Notes under the pieces: generated by a model
Database searches by the model: none
What the model was told of the DNA's origin: nothing
Seen by the model: the letters and a program-made list of their open reading frames with translations, nothing else
Part shown: positions 1 to 13,700 of the stretch, piece by piece
Numbering within the stretch: position 1 is the stretch's first letter
Layout of the letters: the number at the start of each line of letters is the position of its first letter
Origin: Squalus acanthias
Lineage: Eukaryota
DNA length: 64,000 nt
Assembly (NCBI GenBank): GCA_030390025.1
Contig: CM059450.1
Span: 16,678,001-16,742,000, forward strand
Reading direction: 5' to 3'
Program-made: the position numbers and the translations under genes

Positions 1-1354
1 ATCCAAACACTGCACATCACAGCATCCTTAAAAAAATAATTTAACACACAAATCAAAGAAGAAGTCATATCACACAGCAAGAGAAGTTTTCAAAAATGAA
101 GAATACAAGACCCGGACAATGATGGACCATGTGCCCACTGGTACCAGCAAGAGTCGCGGGGCAGCCTAATACTGTCAACTAGGAGTTCAGTAAAGCACAA
201 ATCTTTAAGCTATATCACTTGAACTGTGGTAGAATATCAGCAGTAAAATTATTGTCTTTTCAATCTTGGGCATGTCTAAAGGGAGCATTTAAAGCTGTTT
301 ATTAACACTGGATTAAAGTATTAATGGATAAATGTTGGTTGCGGTGGGGACAATCCTAGGTGATGAACAGTAAGTGTATTAGTTTAAGTGTATGTTTACA
401 GTGTGTCGGTATTCTCTAACTAAATAACCCAGTCACAATACCGTAGCCCTGGCACACAGTTTTAAATGCCTGTACACCGTGTTATTTATCCGTTTTGATC
501 ATACCTTTAGATTGCACTGGATCAGACCAGAGTGGCGTCAGGTGGGTATTTTAATACAAAATTTACCATATTGGACCAAACCCAGACCGGAATGGTGTGT
601 TTAGAAACACGCGAATCTGATTTACCCCGTCCCCATAAGAAATAAATTAGAAAACAATCTTTTGAACAAACATTACAGAAATGATTTCGATCTTCCCCTC
701 CTGCTAAACTTTCAAAGCATTTCTCAGTAATGTTCCTAACAATGCCAGTCTCATTTTTTTTCTGCTAGAAAAAAAGTGTTTTATTTAATATAGAGAACAT
801 TAAAAAAAAAAATCAGATTTGAATCATCCCAACCTTCCCGTACCCAAAAACCCTAAAGCCTAGAAATGACGTTGCATGATCACGGGCCAATGAGCATCAC
901 TATGAAATTACTCGATCGTCACAGAGGCGGCATTTAAAATAGCAAAGCGATTTTGTAGGAATGCGTTGTGTGTTCGTCCGCTTGTATCACACAAAGTAAT
1001 TTCTATAAACTCTTTTCTAGTATATTATATACTATAATATTGTAGTTACAGGCTGCATTTTTGCATTATTAAAAAGGATGTTAATCATCAACACTTACTG
1101 GCTGCTGGATCCAGACAGCTACAGCACACTGGCAATCTCTCAAAATGGGGGACCGGTCAGACTAGGCCAATACTTTTTCTCCTAAGGTGGTCAGGAATTC
1201 TCAGTTTTCGAGTTGGAAAAGATGCTGTCGGGTTTAGGCAGGCATGGCTCAAGCTGGAACGCGAGAGTGGAGTAGGGTTATTTTTTTTCAACCCTTGCAG
1301 GCGATGGTGACAATGTATGGAGTTCAGCGATGTTTCCAGACAGACTATTTTTCA

Positions 1355-1385
<31 letters not shown>

Positions 1386-1666
1386 GAAAGAGGAGAGGAG
1401 ACAGCGTACATTGGCTCAATGGTAAACGACATCTCGTCTGTTTCAGTGCACAGGTGATCATTCCCATTGCCTGTGCAAGGACACCATCAGGATAGAGCGA
1501 AGGAGCCTGCAGTCCAAGACCCATTTCCTTTGCTGGAGGACACAGATGGTGGAAAGAGACTATGAAGTGGCTGAAGTCTAATTAAAAAAATGCAGCTTCT
1601 AACAACAGAATTTTTAGAAAGTAAACCATTCATAAACAATTGGAAGAATCAGCACTGCAAACAGGT

Positions 1667-1714
1667 TCAGTTGTTCTTCTTCTCTTCTGCTGGTGTGTAC
1701 GGTGGGGGCTGATC
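1667..1714 (-). CDS. wbp2nl: wbp2nl final coding exon (3'UTR continues toward window start)
   Basis: ttgcag|GAT CAG CCC CCA CCG TAC...AAC TGA; encodes [21 protein letters not shown] occurs on the minus strand near 780 and 300. Confidence 0.88.
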   Translation of the reverse strand, partial: DQPPPYTPAEEKKNN

Positions 1715-4700
1715 CTGCAACAGAAAATACAACCCCTTACTTGTTTTATTGCTGCATTTGAATATTGAGGCAGATGTACAAGTCATAACGGCACAGAAGG
1801 AGGCCATTCAGCCCATCGAGTCCGTGCTGGCTCTCTGTAGAGCGATCCAGTCAGTCCCATTCTCCCGCTCTATCCCCGTAGCCCTGCAAGTTTATTTCCC
1901 TCAAGTGCCTATCCAGTCTCCCCTTGAAAACATTGAGTGTCTCCGCTTCCACCACATCCGTCGGCAGCGAGTTCCAGGTCCTCACCACTCGCTGCGTAAA
2001 AAAGTTGTTCCTCACATCCCCCCTGTATCTCTTGCCCAAAACCTTAAATCTGTGTCCCCTAGTCCTTGTACCATCAACTAGTGGGAACAGCCTTTCCCCG
2101 TCTAGCCTATCCAAACCCGTCATAATCTTGTACACCTCTCACCTCTCAACCTCCTTTGCTCTAATGAAAACAAATCCAGCTTCTACAACCTGTCCTTGTA
2201 GCTAAGATCCCCCATCCCCAGAACCATTCTGGTAAATCTCCTCTGCACCCTCTCAAAGGCCTTCACATCCTTCCTGAAGTGTGGTGACCAGAACTGGACA
2301 CAATACTCCAGTTGTGGCCTAACCAGCGCTTTAAAAAGATTCAGCATAACTTCTCTACTTTTGTACTCAATACCTCTATTTATGAAGCCCAAGATCCCAA
2401 ATGCTTTGCTAACCACTCTCTCAATATGTCCCACCACCTTCAGGGACCTATGCACATTAACTCCCAGGTCCATCTGTCCCTGAACACTCTTTAAAACTGT
2501 GCCATTAAGTGTATATTGCCTCTCCCTGTTCCTTCTGCCAAAATGCATCTCCTCACACTTGTGTGTTAAATTCCATCTACCACTTGTCTGCCCATTCTTT
2601 GTCATCGGCAAATTTAGAAATTCTATTTTGTATTCCAATATCCAGGTCATTTATATATATCAAAAAAAGCAGCGGCCCCAGCACTGACCCATAGTCCCTG
2701 GATGGATGGGGTATTCTCTGATTATATTAACATGTCATACAGTGATAGTTTGCGTGATCACACCTGCAATTCCCAACATGATAAACTCTTTATTCTGGGG
2801 TTTTGGGGGGGGGGGGGGGGGGGAGGAGAAGATGTACTTCCCAGTTAAAAAGGCAAGTGTCCTCACAGAGGAAATGCCATTCTTGGGTCAGGTACTGTGA
2901 ACTTGAAAGGGAAGGATCTGTGCAGTGGACAAAGACTTCACTGGAGGGAAAGTGCTCCTCCTGGATCCATGTACAGGCAAGTATCTTTAACAAACGTACC
3001 TTTTTAGAGCTGGCCTACAATGATCCCTTTAAGGACCACCTGTTAGGCCACATGAAGACCTGGTTTTCCTGAATGCAGCCGACATTGGCTGTCTTAGGGC
3101 AAACCAATATTGCAGAGGGAGGCCTCAAACGGGAGTTAGGCCCCTTATTTGCAAAGGGCTTTCTGCCTGCCATACTGGAAACTTAGGCACCCATTTAGCG
3201 CCTGAAAAACAGGTGTGGTGCCATCGAATTTCTAGGCCATGCTCTTCATCCTTTATACCCGACCTGGGAGTGCTTGAGGGCATCATTAAATGCAAAGTAT
3301 GGGCAAATGTTCAACTTCCCCCACATTAAATCTTGTCAAGATAAGATGTCATTTAGCACCAATTTAAATAAGGAAGGACAACTTTTACAAGACAAGACAA
3401 GATTGCAGACACAGTACTGGGGTACTGTAGCTGTACATTGCTTATGATCGGAGGAAGATTCTTCCATAACCCAGCTTGGGGAAAGGAGCTTTGACGGATG
3501 AAAGAAACAGAAGTTATAGCACAGACTCAACCTTTAAGAGAGCAGCAATGAACTCTTACCATTGGCATGTAGACACTGTGAGGATTGCACGGGTTGTAGT
3601 AAGCACTAGAAGCTGCTTCTGCTGCTTTAGCTCCACCTGAAAGATGAGACAGAAAAGTTACAACACAATTCAAACTGGCATTTTTCTTCAAACTGACACT
3701 CTCCTTCCTCCCCCAACCCAAAGAAACGCTCCTAAATTCTCCCCTTCCCTGCCAAAGCACCATTCCTGACTTCTCCCCCAATACTATACCAGAGGCTACT
3801 GCTGCTTGAAGTGATTCTGGCCACTGCATATGGCAGGCAGTAGCCGGAACCCCTTCCATTAGTAGAACTCAGGCAGTAATGGTGCTGAAGGGAGAATCAG
3901 AACCCTCTCAATACATTACAAAACTGCTTACAGCCCCCTCAATGGTAGTACATACAAAGCCCTTTCTATAAAACCTCCTCACAATTTAACAGTGGGATTA
4001 CATAGAATTTACAACACAGCAACAGGCCATTCAGTCCAACTGGTCTATGCCGGTGTTTCTGCTCCACATGAGTCTCCTCCCTCCCACCCCTCTTCATCTC
4101 ACCCTACCAGCATATCCTTCTATTCCTTTCTCCCTCATGTACTTATCCAGCTTCCCCTTAAATGCATCCATGCTATTTGCCTCAACTACTGGTAGTGAGT
4201 TCCACATTCTAACCACTGGGTAAAGAAGTTTCTCCTGAATTCCCTATGATTTATTGGTGACTATCTTATATTGATGGCCCCTAGTTTTGGACACCCCCAG
4301 ATGGTTCCCAAAGAAAATTTAGGCTCTCCCTGGGCTTCAGTAACACACACTGACATGTTAATGATGATCATTGCCATCTAAATGAACTATATTCTGATCT
4401 TGTTAAAGGTATACAGTGTACCTACCAGGCAATCCAGGTTCTACCACACTGACTGGAGGAGGTCCAGGATAGGGAGGTGGGGGAGGCATGTACATGTCCA
4501 TTGCAGGGGCAGATGGATAGGCTCCTGAAATTATACATCATCATATATATCGATTACAATCACTTCGAATATTACTTATTCCACTTGAGGGGTATCAATG
4601 GCAGCAACCATTACAAAAACTAACTCAGTAAAAAAATAATTTTGTTCCAATAGACTGTGCTGGCATCATAGGGGGCTATCTGTGAAGAGTTACCCAGGGA

Positions 4701-7700
4701 GACAATGCAAAAAGACTGACCCCATGCATTTGAAACACCCCAGGCCAATGCCTTGCATCTCTGCTAATGTTCATCAATTCTCCTCACATGAATGGGTTCA
4801 GGAACTCTCAACCAGTTCCTCCCCATGAGGTTATTAGCACGCCGTGTTTCTAATTAAAAATATAGGCACAAGGATGTTAAAGTTGATTAACTTTTATAAT
4901 GGGTTCTATTGACAAAACTTAAAGTAATTTAAAGCAATCTTTATAAATTGAAAACAAACAGTAATTGAGGCAGGAACTTGAACGCAGTGTGACATGGAGT
5001 GCTAGAAGGTGGCTGGCATCAATTCTCCAGAGTAAACAGTTCGTTTTCTGATCTCACCGTGCTGTTGTGAGGAAGCTCTGAGCAGAACAACAACTTGCAT
5101 TTATATCGTGCTTTTAATGTAGTAAAATATCCCAAGGAGCTACAGGAGCGATTATCAAACAAAATCTGACACCAAGCCACATAAGGAGAGATGAGGACAG
5201 GTGACCAGAAACAGAAAATATGGCCGACCACAACCCGCCACGAACGCACCCATTTCCAGTTTAACCACGGCTGGTTTGGGGGCTTCCGAGTAACCTGCTC
5301 GGGAGAGGCGGGTCGTGATTATAATATGTTACTGAGGCGCCGTTCCGCAGATTTTGGCAGCCATTTGAATTTAACCCAGAGCTTGGGAAACCCGGCAGCT
5401 AAAGGAGGTGGGATCCAGCAGATAGGTGCCTTTTACAGCACTGCTCGTGGGCCAAGAGGCTGCGGCCTTCCACTGTTGGCTTGCCCGCCCGCGCCTCAAT
5501 CTAGCCAGCTGCCAGGCGGGAAACAGGGTTAAAAAAAATGATAAGAAGGTCCTGCCGTTAAATTCAGCAGGACCTCTGCATTCCCGGGTTTCCTCCCCCA
5601 CAAACATGTGCCCCCGCTCCTCCCCGCAAATAGAGGGGCCATTGTTTCAGTGAGCGAGTGGTCAATCTATGGAACAGGCTTCCTAGGGAGATAGTGGATG
5701 CAGATAGTGTGGATTCATCCAAATGCAAATGAGCTAAATTCCTTTCAAAAAAATACATTGGGATCCAGTATGTGTGTAATTTGAGACATGGCATGTGGTA
5801 AGTGTAGCATTCTTGGGAGGAATAGGTGACTTTGGACTTATGGTTCCCAAAGCTCTCCATCACTAGTGGTTTTCCTTACCTCATGTCTGGGTTTGTTGTA
5901 GACTAATTGATAAAGATTAATTCCCATGGTTAGTCAACAACTCCATTATCGTTGTATCTGCAACTACCAGGATGGTAGAAGGTGAACTGGAAGGGCCCTG
6001 GGTCTTTTATCATCTAGCAATTCCTACATTCCTGTGATTTAAATTTTGTCAAGAGGAAAGAATGTGCTTGATAAAGCAACTACTACTGAATAATAAGTTG
6101 ATTGCCCTTTAGTGCTGCCAATATTTTATTACTAGCACGTTAGGAAGTTCTTTTCCTTTACCTGGCTGTGGTGCAGGTGTTCCGTAATGGTATCCCATTG
6201 GTGCAGGTGGAGGGCCATAACCTCCATTCATGGGAGGCGGCTGATATGCGTAGGGGCCATTCGCTGCGTACGGACCATTTGCCGCGTAAGGGCCATTCGC
6301 TGCGTACGGACCATTCGCTGCGTAGGGGCCATTCGGTGGATATGGGCCATTTACTGGGGCAAATCCAAAAGCCATATCAGCCATTGGTTCGTATCCATAA
6401 GCCGTGTTCTGCACAGGAGTACCCCTGGAGGCTAACAGGAAAAACAAGACTGAATTAGATTTTGCGACGACAACACGCGAGTTATTGCAGCATAGAATCA
6501 AGCATGCCTCAATGTAGCTGATGTGCCCTGGACACAGAGTATGACTGGTTCAACAGGTTAGCGTTGTATTCCAACACTGCTGTGTACATAAAAGCCTCAC
6601 AAACAGGAAATCTCTCGTGCAGGAACACAAAGCTCTTATTTAGAGTTCTTTTATACAGAAGGAGCACCATTTAAAAAAAAATGCTGCAGCGGTGGAATGT
6701 CACCAAGTGACATTATGTTGTCACTAGTATATCTGTACCAATACATTATATAAACAACTCATTACACCCGCCAACTCCCTATAATATTACGTGCTGCGTT
6801 TGTGTGCGATTCTTATTAATTCGTTACCTCAAACTGCGTCCGCCACGAGGACTTCACTCTAGCATCAAAATGCTCTCTCCAGACATAATCCAAGTATGCA
6901 AGGGCAAAATCTATAACTGCACTGCTGGGCATTTTCGGTTCAAGTGGATGTACAATGAAAATTTCACATGCTCAGTTACACTTTACCAAAATCCTAGTGA
7001 CAACACTGGAGTTTCAATTTCAAGCCTGACCTGCAAGTATCATTTAGAGAGGATCTTAAGCACAGTTAAGAACATAAGAATTAGGAGCAGGAGTCGGCCA
7101 TTTGGCCCCTCGAGCCTGCTCCACCATTCAGTAAGATCACGGTTGAACTTCTACCTCAACTCCACTTTCCCGCCCTATCCCCATATCCCTCGATTCCCTT
7201 AGTGCCCAAAAATCTATCGATCTCGGTCTTGAATATACTCATCGTCTGAGTATCCGCCCTCTGGGGTAGAGAATTCTAAAGATTCACAACCCTCCGAGTG
7301 AAGAAATTACTCCTCGTAACAGTCCTAAATGGCCGACCCCTTATCCTGAGACTGTGCCCCCTAGTTCTAGACTCTCCAGCCAGGGGAAACAGTCTCTCAG
7401 CATCTACCCTGGCAAGTCCTCTAAAAATGAGATCACCTCTCATTCTTCTAAACTCCAGACAGTATAGGCCCATTCTACTCAATTACTCCTCATTGGACAG
7501 CCCTCTCATCCCAAGAATCAATCTAGTGGACCTTTGTTGCACCCCCTCTAAGCCAAGTATATCCTTCTTAGGTAAGGAGACCAGCTGGTGTGATAAAAGA
7601 GAAATGTCACATTTCTCACCTGTCAGGGCAGAGCAGAGCCGAGGAGACTTTATTGTGCGTCTGGGTCATGGTACCCCACCTGGAAATGTCCAACCTGTTG

Positions 7701-10700
7701 TCAACAAGTGAAATATACTACTTTTCCCCCCCACAGTACCCAATCCCATCAGGACAACAACAAGCAGATGGCCACAAATAGTGATTTAAAAAAAACACAT
7801 TTCATTAACCAGTACTGACATCTTGACAAGCAAAAAGATTTCTACTTCGAACCTTACAAGATCATTAGGTGGGACAGAAAATGTATTTAAATTCTGTATA
7901 TTAAAACATGTCAGAATTTTCCCCGTTACTTTTATCGTCAGAGACATTGATTTTAGTTTGAAGAGGTCCTATATGCTTGTCCTGCCTGCACCCAATTTGC
8001 AGAACTATTTCCACTAGAGGAGCTCGGGCTGTGTTTGGATATTAATGCCCAGAAGATACTTCCAGTATCCAAGTTAACATCCTCCCTCACGATTACAAAT
8101 GATTAGTGCTTAATGGACGGGATTTAGTGGTGCCATCTCTAACTTACCTTGTTGAGCCACTTTGAACATCAGTTGTCCGAACTCAATGGCTCCACCACTG
8201 TTAAAAACTAATTTGAATGAGGCCTGTCCTTCCCAACCACCTGGAAATCAAACACAGATTAAATTATGACTAGGACACATTTTACTTGGTGTTTAGATCA
8301 ACGTATAACACTTGGTTTTATTTTTCCAATAAAGGTAGGGTTTTTTTTTGCCTTCGATAGCACTGCCACTGCAAAATAAAATGAGCATCACTGTGCTCAA
8401 TGACACCCCAATGGAAATCATCTAACTCAGTACACGAACCTGGGACCTTCTACTTGAGCTCATCCAAAAATCTGCTGCCCATATCTTAACTCGCACCGAG
8501 TCCCGTCTACTCATCACCCCTGTGGTCGCTGACCTATACTGTCTCCCGGTCCGGCAACTGCTTGATTTAAAAATTCTCATCCTTATTTTCAAATCCCTCC
8601 ATGGCCTCGCCCATCTCTATCTCTGTAACCTCCTCCAGCCCTATCGCCCTCAGATCTCTGCGCTCCTCCAATTCTGGCCTCTTGCGCATCCCCGATTTCC
8701 TTTGCTCCACCATTGGCGGTCGTGTCTTTAGCTGCCTCGGCCCTAAGCTCTGGAATTCTCTCTCCTCCTTTAAGACGCTCCTTAAAACATACCTCTTTGA
8801 CCTGTCCTAATCTCTCTTTATGGCTCGGTGTTAAATTTTGTTTGATAGTTGCACCTGTGAAGCACCTTGGTACGGTTTACTACGTTAAAGGTGCTATATA
8901 AATGCAAGTTGTTGTTGTTTTGTATGCCTTAATACCACACAATGCATTTACCCACTGAACCACTGGAAGAACCATCCACAGTTTATAATGGAGAAAATGT
9001 CTTTTTTCCAAGTCCTAGAAGAGACACAACTTTCTCCAAAGCCAGCGTCTTCGGCCCCCTGGCAAAATGTGCTTTGCTGCTGAATCCACCGCCTTCCCAA
9101 CCACTCAGCTGAATCAGATTGTATACAACCTTGGTGTCTTGTTTGACCCGGAGCGGACCTTCAAACCCCACATCCTATCCATCAACAAGACCGCTTACTT
9201 TCATCTCTGCAACATTGCCCATCTCCGCCCACCAACACCGCCCCTCCACCTAGGTGCCAAATGCAGATCACGTGCTTCTCCACAGACAAGGCGCACCATC
9301 AAGTCACTCACTTACCTTCTCGTGCTCAGACCAAGCATGGCGTTAGCACACCTCACCTGCCACCCACTATTATCGTGGATACGGTGCATGACTCGAGCAT
9401 AACTACAGAACTGTATAGAATTTACAGCACAGAAACCCCATCAGCATAGCCTATTCCTTTTTCCCCCTCATGTATTTATCTAGCTTCCCCTTAAAGGCAT
9501 TGATGCTAGTCGCCTCAACCACTCCCTGTGGAAGAGAGTTCCACATTCTAACCACTCTGAGTAAAGCATTTTCTCCAGAATTCTTTATTGGATTTATTAG
9601 TGACCATCTTATATTTATAGGAAATATGTGTTTTAAAGTTTCAGGTAACAATTTTACTCTTGAGATGGGGGGGGGGGGGGGGGGGGGGGGGAAAGAGAAG
9701 GGGGGGTTTATTCTTCAAGTCAGTTAATCTGAAACATGAATAATTGACAAAGTCAGTTTGAACTTTAGATTTTATTAACTTACATAAATGGATTACTTTG
9801 CCTTCAACTTCAATGTCCTGCAATTTCTCCCCTCTCACCAAAAAAAATACATTGTGCAACATAATCCTTCCCAGTGCTGAACGTCTCAATTATTTTACAT
9901 ACCGCCAGGTTCTGCCCGAACAGTTCCCTTGATATAATTAGCAGAGAAGACAGGCTGCTCAATGGAACATCCTTTCACAAGGTAGAAGGGCATCATGAAC
10001 GACTGCAGAGGGTCCTTCCCTTTCGCCAGAAAGATCATCTGAAACAAACAGAGGGATTTAACAACGGCTTGCCGGTCGTGACCATGCTCTTAAGCTCTTC
10101 AGTAGCGCCTTTACACAAAGAACATGAGGACGTTGGGATGGACTCCACTCCATTTGTTTTCCTGTCATTTAGGTCCTTGTTCAGGATCCACGCAGACGCT
10201 CCACTGTAAGGACACACAGACAGGGGTCAGGCACAGCGGTGATGCTTCTCACCCCCGTGGTTGAATAATCTACTAGCAGTTACTGCCTCAATTCACGCTG
10301 TAAGAATGGCCACTTGGGTACAGTATTAGTTGACTGCAAGCATCCAGTGTCCATGTTAAGCCCCTACACCTTTACTTTGTTCTCATTACACAAATGAATA
10401 CAAACAGTGAAAGCAAGAAGTCTCACATTTAAAAAAAAAAAAATTCCCACATCCAATTTTCTCTCCTCTCCTGGAGGCACAGGTTGTTGCTGGGTTCAGT
10501 ACCAAAGATGCTGGCAGTTCTCCAGTACTTTGCCCAAGTGCCCATTCTTCAAGTGCAGCCCTAGCAAGTAAGTAGAATCAGAATAGTACAGCACAGAAGG
10601 AGGCCAATCGGCCCCACTCCCCCGCTCTTTCCCCATATCCCTGCAATTTTTTCCTCCTTCAAAGTATTTATCCAATTCCCTTTTGAAGGCTACTATTGAA

Positions 10701-13700
10701 TCTGCATCCACCACCCTATCAGGCAGCGCATTCAAAATCCTAACCACTCGATGCGTAAATTTTTTTTTCCCCTCATGTCGCCTCTGGTTCTTTTGCCAAT
10801 CACCTTAAATCTGTGCCCTCTGGTTATCGACTCTTCAGCCATTGGAAACAGTTTCTCTTTATTTACTCGATCGAAACCTTTCATGATTTTAAACACCTTT
10901 GTCAAATCTCCTCTCAACCTTCTCTGCTCTAAGGAGAACAACCCCAGCTTCTCCAGTCTATCCACATAACTAGAATCCCTCATCCCTGGAACCATTCTAG
11001 TAAAGCTCTTCTGTAGTACCCTCTCTAAAGCCTTCATGTCCTTCCTAAAAAGTGTGGCGCCCAGAATTGGACACAATACTCCAGCTGGGGCCGAACTAGT
11101 GTTTTATATAGGCTTGGCATAACTTTTAGCACAAGTACTGGTGGATTATTCAACCACATGGGTGGCGAGCATCACAGCTGAGCCTGATCCTGTCCTCCCC
11201 TCTGTCTATACATGTGTGCTTCCAGCAGAGATCACTAACTGCAATCCGAGTAGGAATCTGGTCTGAAAACACAGCAAAGACTTGGGCTGAACATCATCGA
11301 GACCTATCTTTTCAAATCAAATAGAAGTTGCAAAGGATCACAGTTAACTTTATATAAATCGTAATGATTAGCTTAAACAACTTACTGAGATTGAATTATT
11401 AGAATCAAGTCAACGATTGTGTCCCAAGCTTTTAACTCAACTGCCCAAGGATATTTTACCATCAAGGATATGGCAATGCAACAAAGCTGAATTGTCAGAC
11501 TCGGTTACACAGTAGTCCCTGTTTAAACAAAATAAAATGCAACAGATTTGAGGAACAAAGGGAGTTTAGTCATGACGAACTGATCCAGGTGGGGAAATTC
11601 TTTTAAAGAGCACATGTCTTTATGCCAGCCACAAAGATGTGTATCCATTGACGATATTTCAAAAGGAATCTGGATGAGTTCTGAGAGCAGAAAACACCTG
11701 GGAGTTATAGAAGGTAGGTGAAGGGTAGCTATAACTATTTATATGATTTACTGCAATCTCTGGAGCCTGCTGAATTGCTTTCGGGGGTTGGAGAAGAATT
11801 TCCCCAGAGCTAAATGTCCCTAAATTGGCCCAGTGTTTTTCTGCCAGGTGCAGAAAAACATAACTGGGTTTGGGGGCGGGGGGAGGGTTTGATGGATTGC
11901 ATTATGTCTGGATGGGACAGGCTAAAATGGACCAGTTGGTCCTTTTCTATTCTCTTTTGTATGTTTGTAGGACTATTCAAGGCCTAACCTTAGAGCACCT
12001 GAAAGCTGCAAGCCTGATCATCAGATGGCACAACCAGCTACCATTTCACCTACACCAGGGACAAGGGCGGGGGGGAGAAAGAGAAACCTTTGCTGTTACA
12101 TCTTCACATACAAAAAGAACACTTGGCAGCTAACTACACATTGTAATACATAAGGACCCAGTCTGCGGCCAGCCTTTTCATATCAGTTGAGTTAAGCAGT
12201 TGGGTTGTTAACATTAAACTTTCTATATTATCTATTATATAGTATCTATTTGAGATATATTTGCTGTGTGTGTTATTTTTGAGGAAGGAAAAATAAAACT
12301 TCTACTTTTGTTGAATAATAACTACAACTAAATGGTTCTACCTTATTAGCCCAATCAGGGAGTTGTGAAGCCATTTTTGGACAAAAATATTTAAGAGCAT
12401 GTTAGGCAGAGTAACATAAGAAATAGGAGCAGGAGTCGGCCATTTGGCCCCTCGAGCCTGCTCTGCCATTTAATGAGATCATGGCTGATCTGCTCTTGGG
12501 CTCAGCTCCATTTCCCTGCCCGCTCCCCATAACCCATCATTCCCTTATTGTTCAAAAATCTGTCTATCTCCACCTTAAATATATTCAATGACCCAGGCTC
12601 CCACAGCTCTCTGGGGCAGAGAATTCCACAGATTTACAACCCTCAGAAGAAATTCCTCCTCATCAGTTTTAAATGGGCAACCTCTTATTCTGAAACTATA
12701 CCCCCGAGTTCTAGATTCCCCCATGAGGGGAAACATCTTCTCTGCATCTACCTTGTCGAGCCCCCTCAGTATCTTATATGTTTCAATAAGATCACCTCTC
12801 ATTCTTCTAAACTCCAATGAGTATAGGCCCAACCTGCTCAACCTTTCTTCATAAATCAACCCCCTCATCTCAGGAATCAACCGTGTGAACCTTCTCTGAA
12901 CTGCCTAAGTATATCCCTCCTTAAATAAGGAGACCAAAACTGTACGCAGTACTCAAGGTGTGGTCTCACCAATACTCTGTACAGTTGTAGCAGGACTTCC
13001 CTGCTTTTATACTCCAACCCCCTTGCAATAAAGGCCAACATTCCATTTGCCTTTTTGATTACTTGCTGCACCTGCATGCTAACTTTTTGTGTTTCATGCA
13101 CAAGGACCCCCAGGTCCCTCTGTACTGCAGCATTTTGTAATCTCTCTCCATTTAAATAATAATTTGCTTTTTTATTTTTCTTACCAAAGTGGACAACCTC
13201 ACACTTTCCCACATTATACTCCATCTGCCAAATGTTTGCCCACTCACTTAGCCTAATCTATATCCCTTTGCAGATTCTTTGTGTCCTCATCACAACTTGC
13301 TTTCCCACCTATCTGTATCAGCAGCAAATTTGGCTACATTACACTCAGTCCCTTCATCTAAGTCATTAATATAGATTGTAAATAGTTGAGGCCCCAGCAC
13401 TGATCCCTGTGGCACCCCACTAGTTACTGTTTGCCAACCGGAAAATGACCCATTTATCCCGACTCTCTGCTTTCTGTTAGTTAGCCAATCCTCCATCCAT
13501 GCCAATATATTACCCCCAACCCCGTGAGCTCTTATCTTGTGCAGTAACCTTTTATGTGGCACCTTATCGAATGCCTTCTGGAAATCCAAATACACCACAT
13601 CCACTGGTTCCCCTTTATCCACCCTGCTTGTTACATCCTCAAAGAACTCCAGCAAAATTGTCAAACATGATTTCCCTTTCATAAAACCATGCTGACTCTG

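Noticed and set aside
1356-1384. Long poly-G tracts (also ~2805 and ~9666) creating poly-Gly ORFs
   Set aside because: Simple homopolymers in UTR or intron sequence; length may be a sequencing artefact
6688-6706. GGAATG (TEAD-like) site and an AATGTCAC/GTGACATT palindrome in wbp2nl intron 4
   Set aside because: Short motifs expected by chance in 64 kb; no conservation evidence available
10039-10217. Good-looking acceptor at 10204 and a 60-aa ORF upstream of wbp2nl exon 3
   Set aside because: Using it in the exon-2 phase hits TGA after 12 codons, and the listed ORF is in a different frame; at best a poison variant with no supporting evidence
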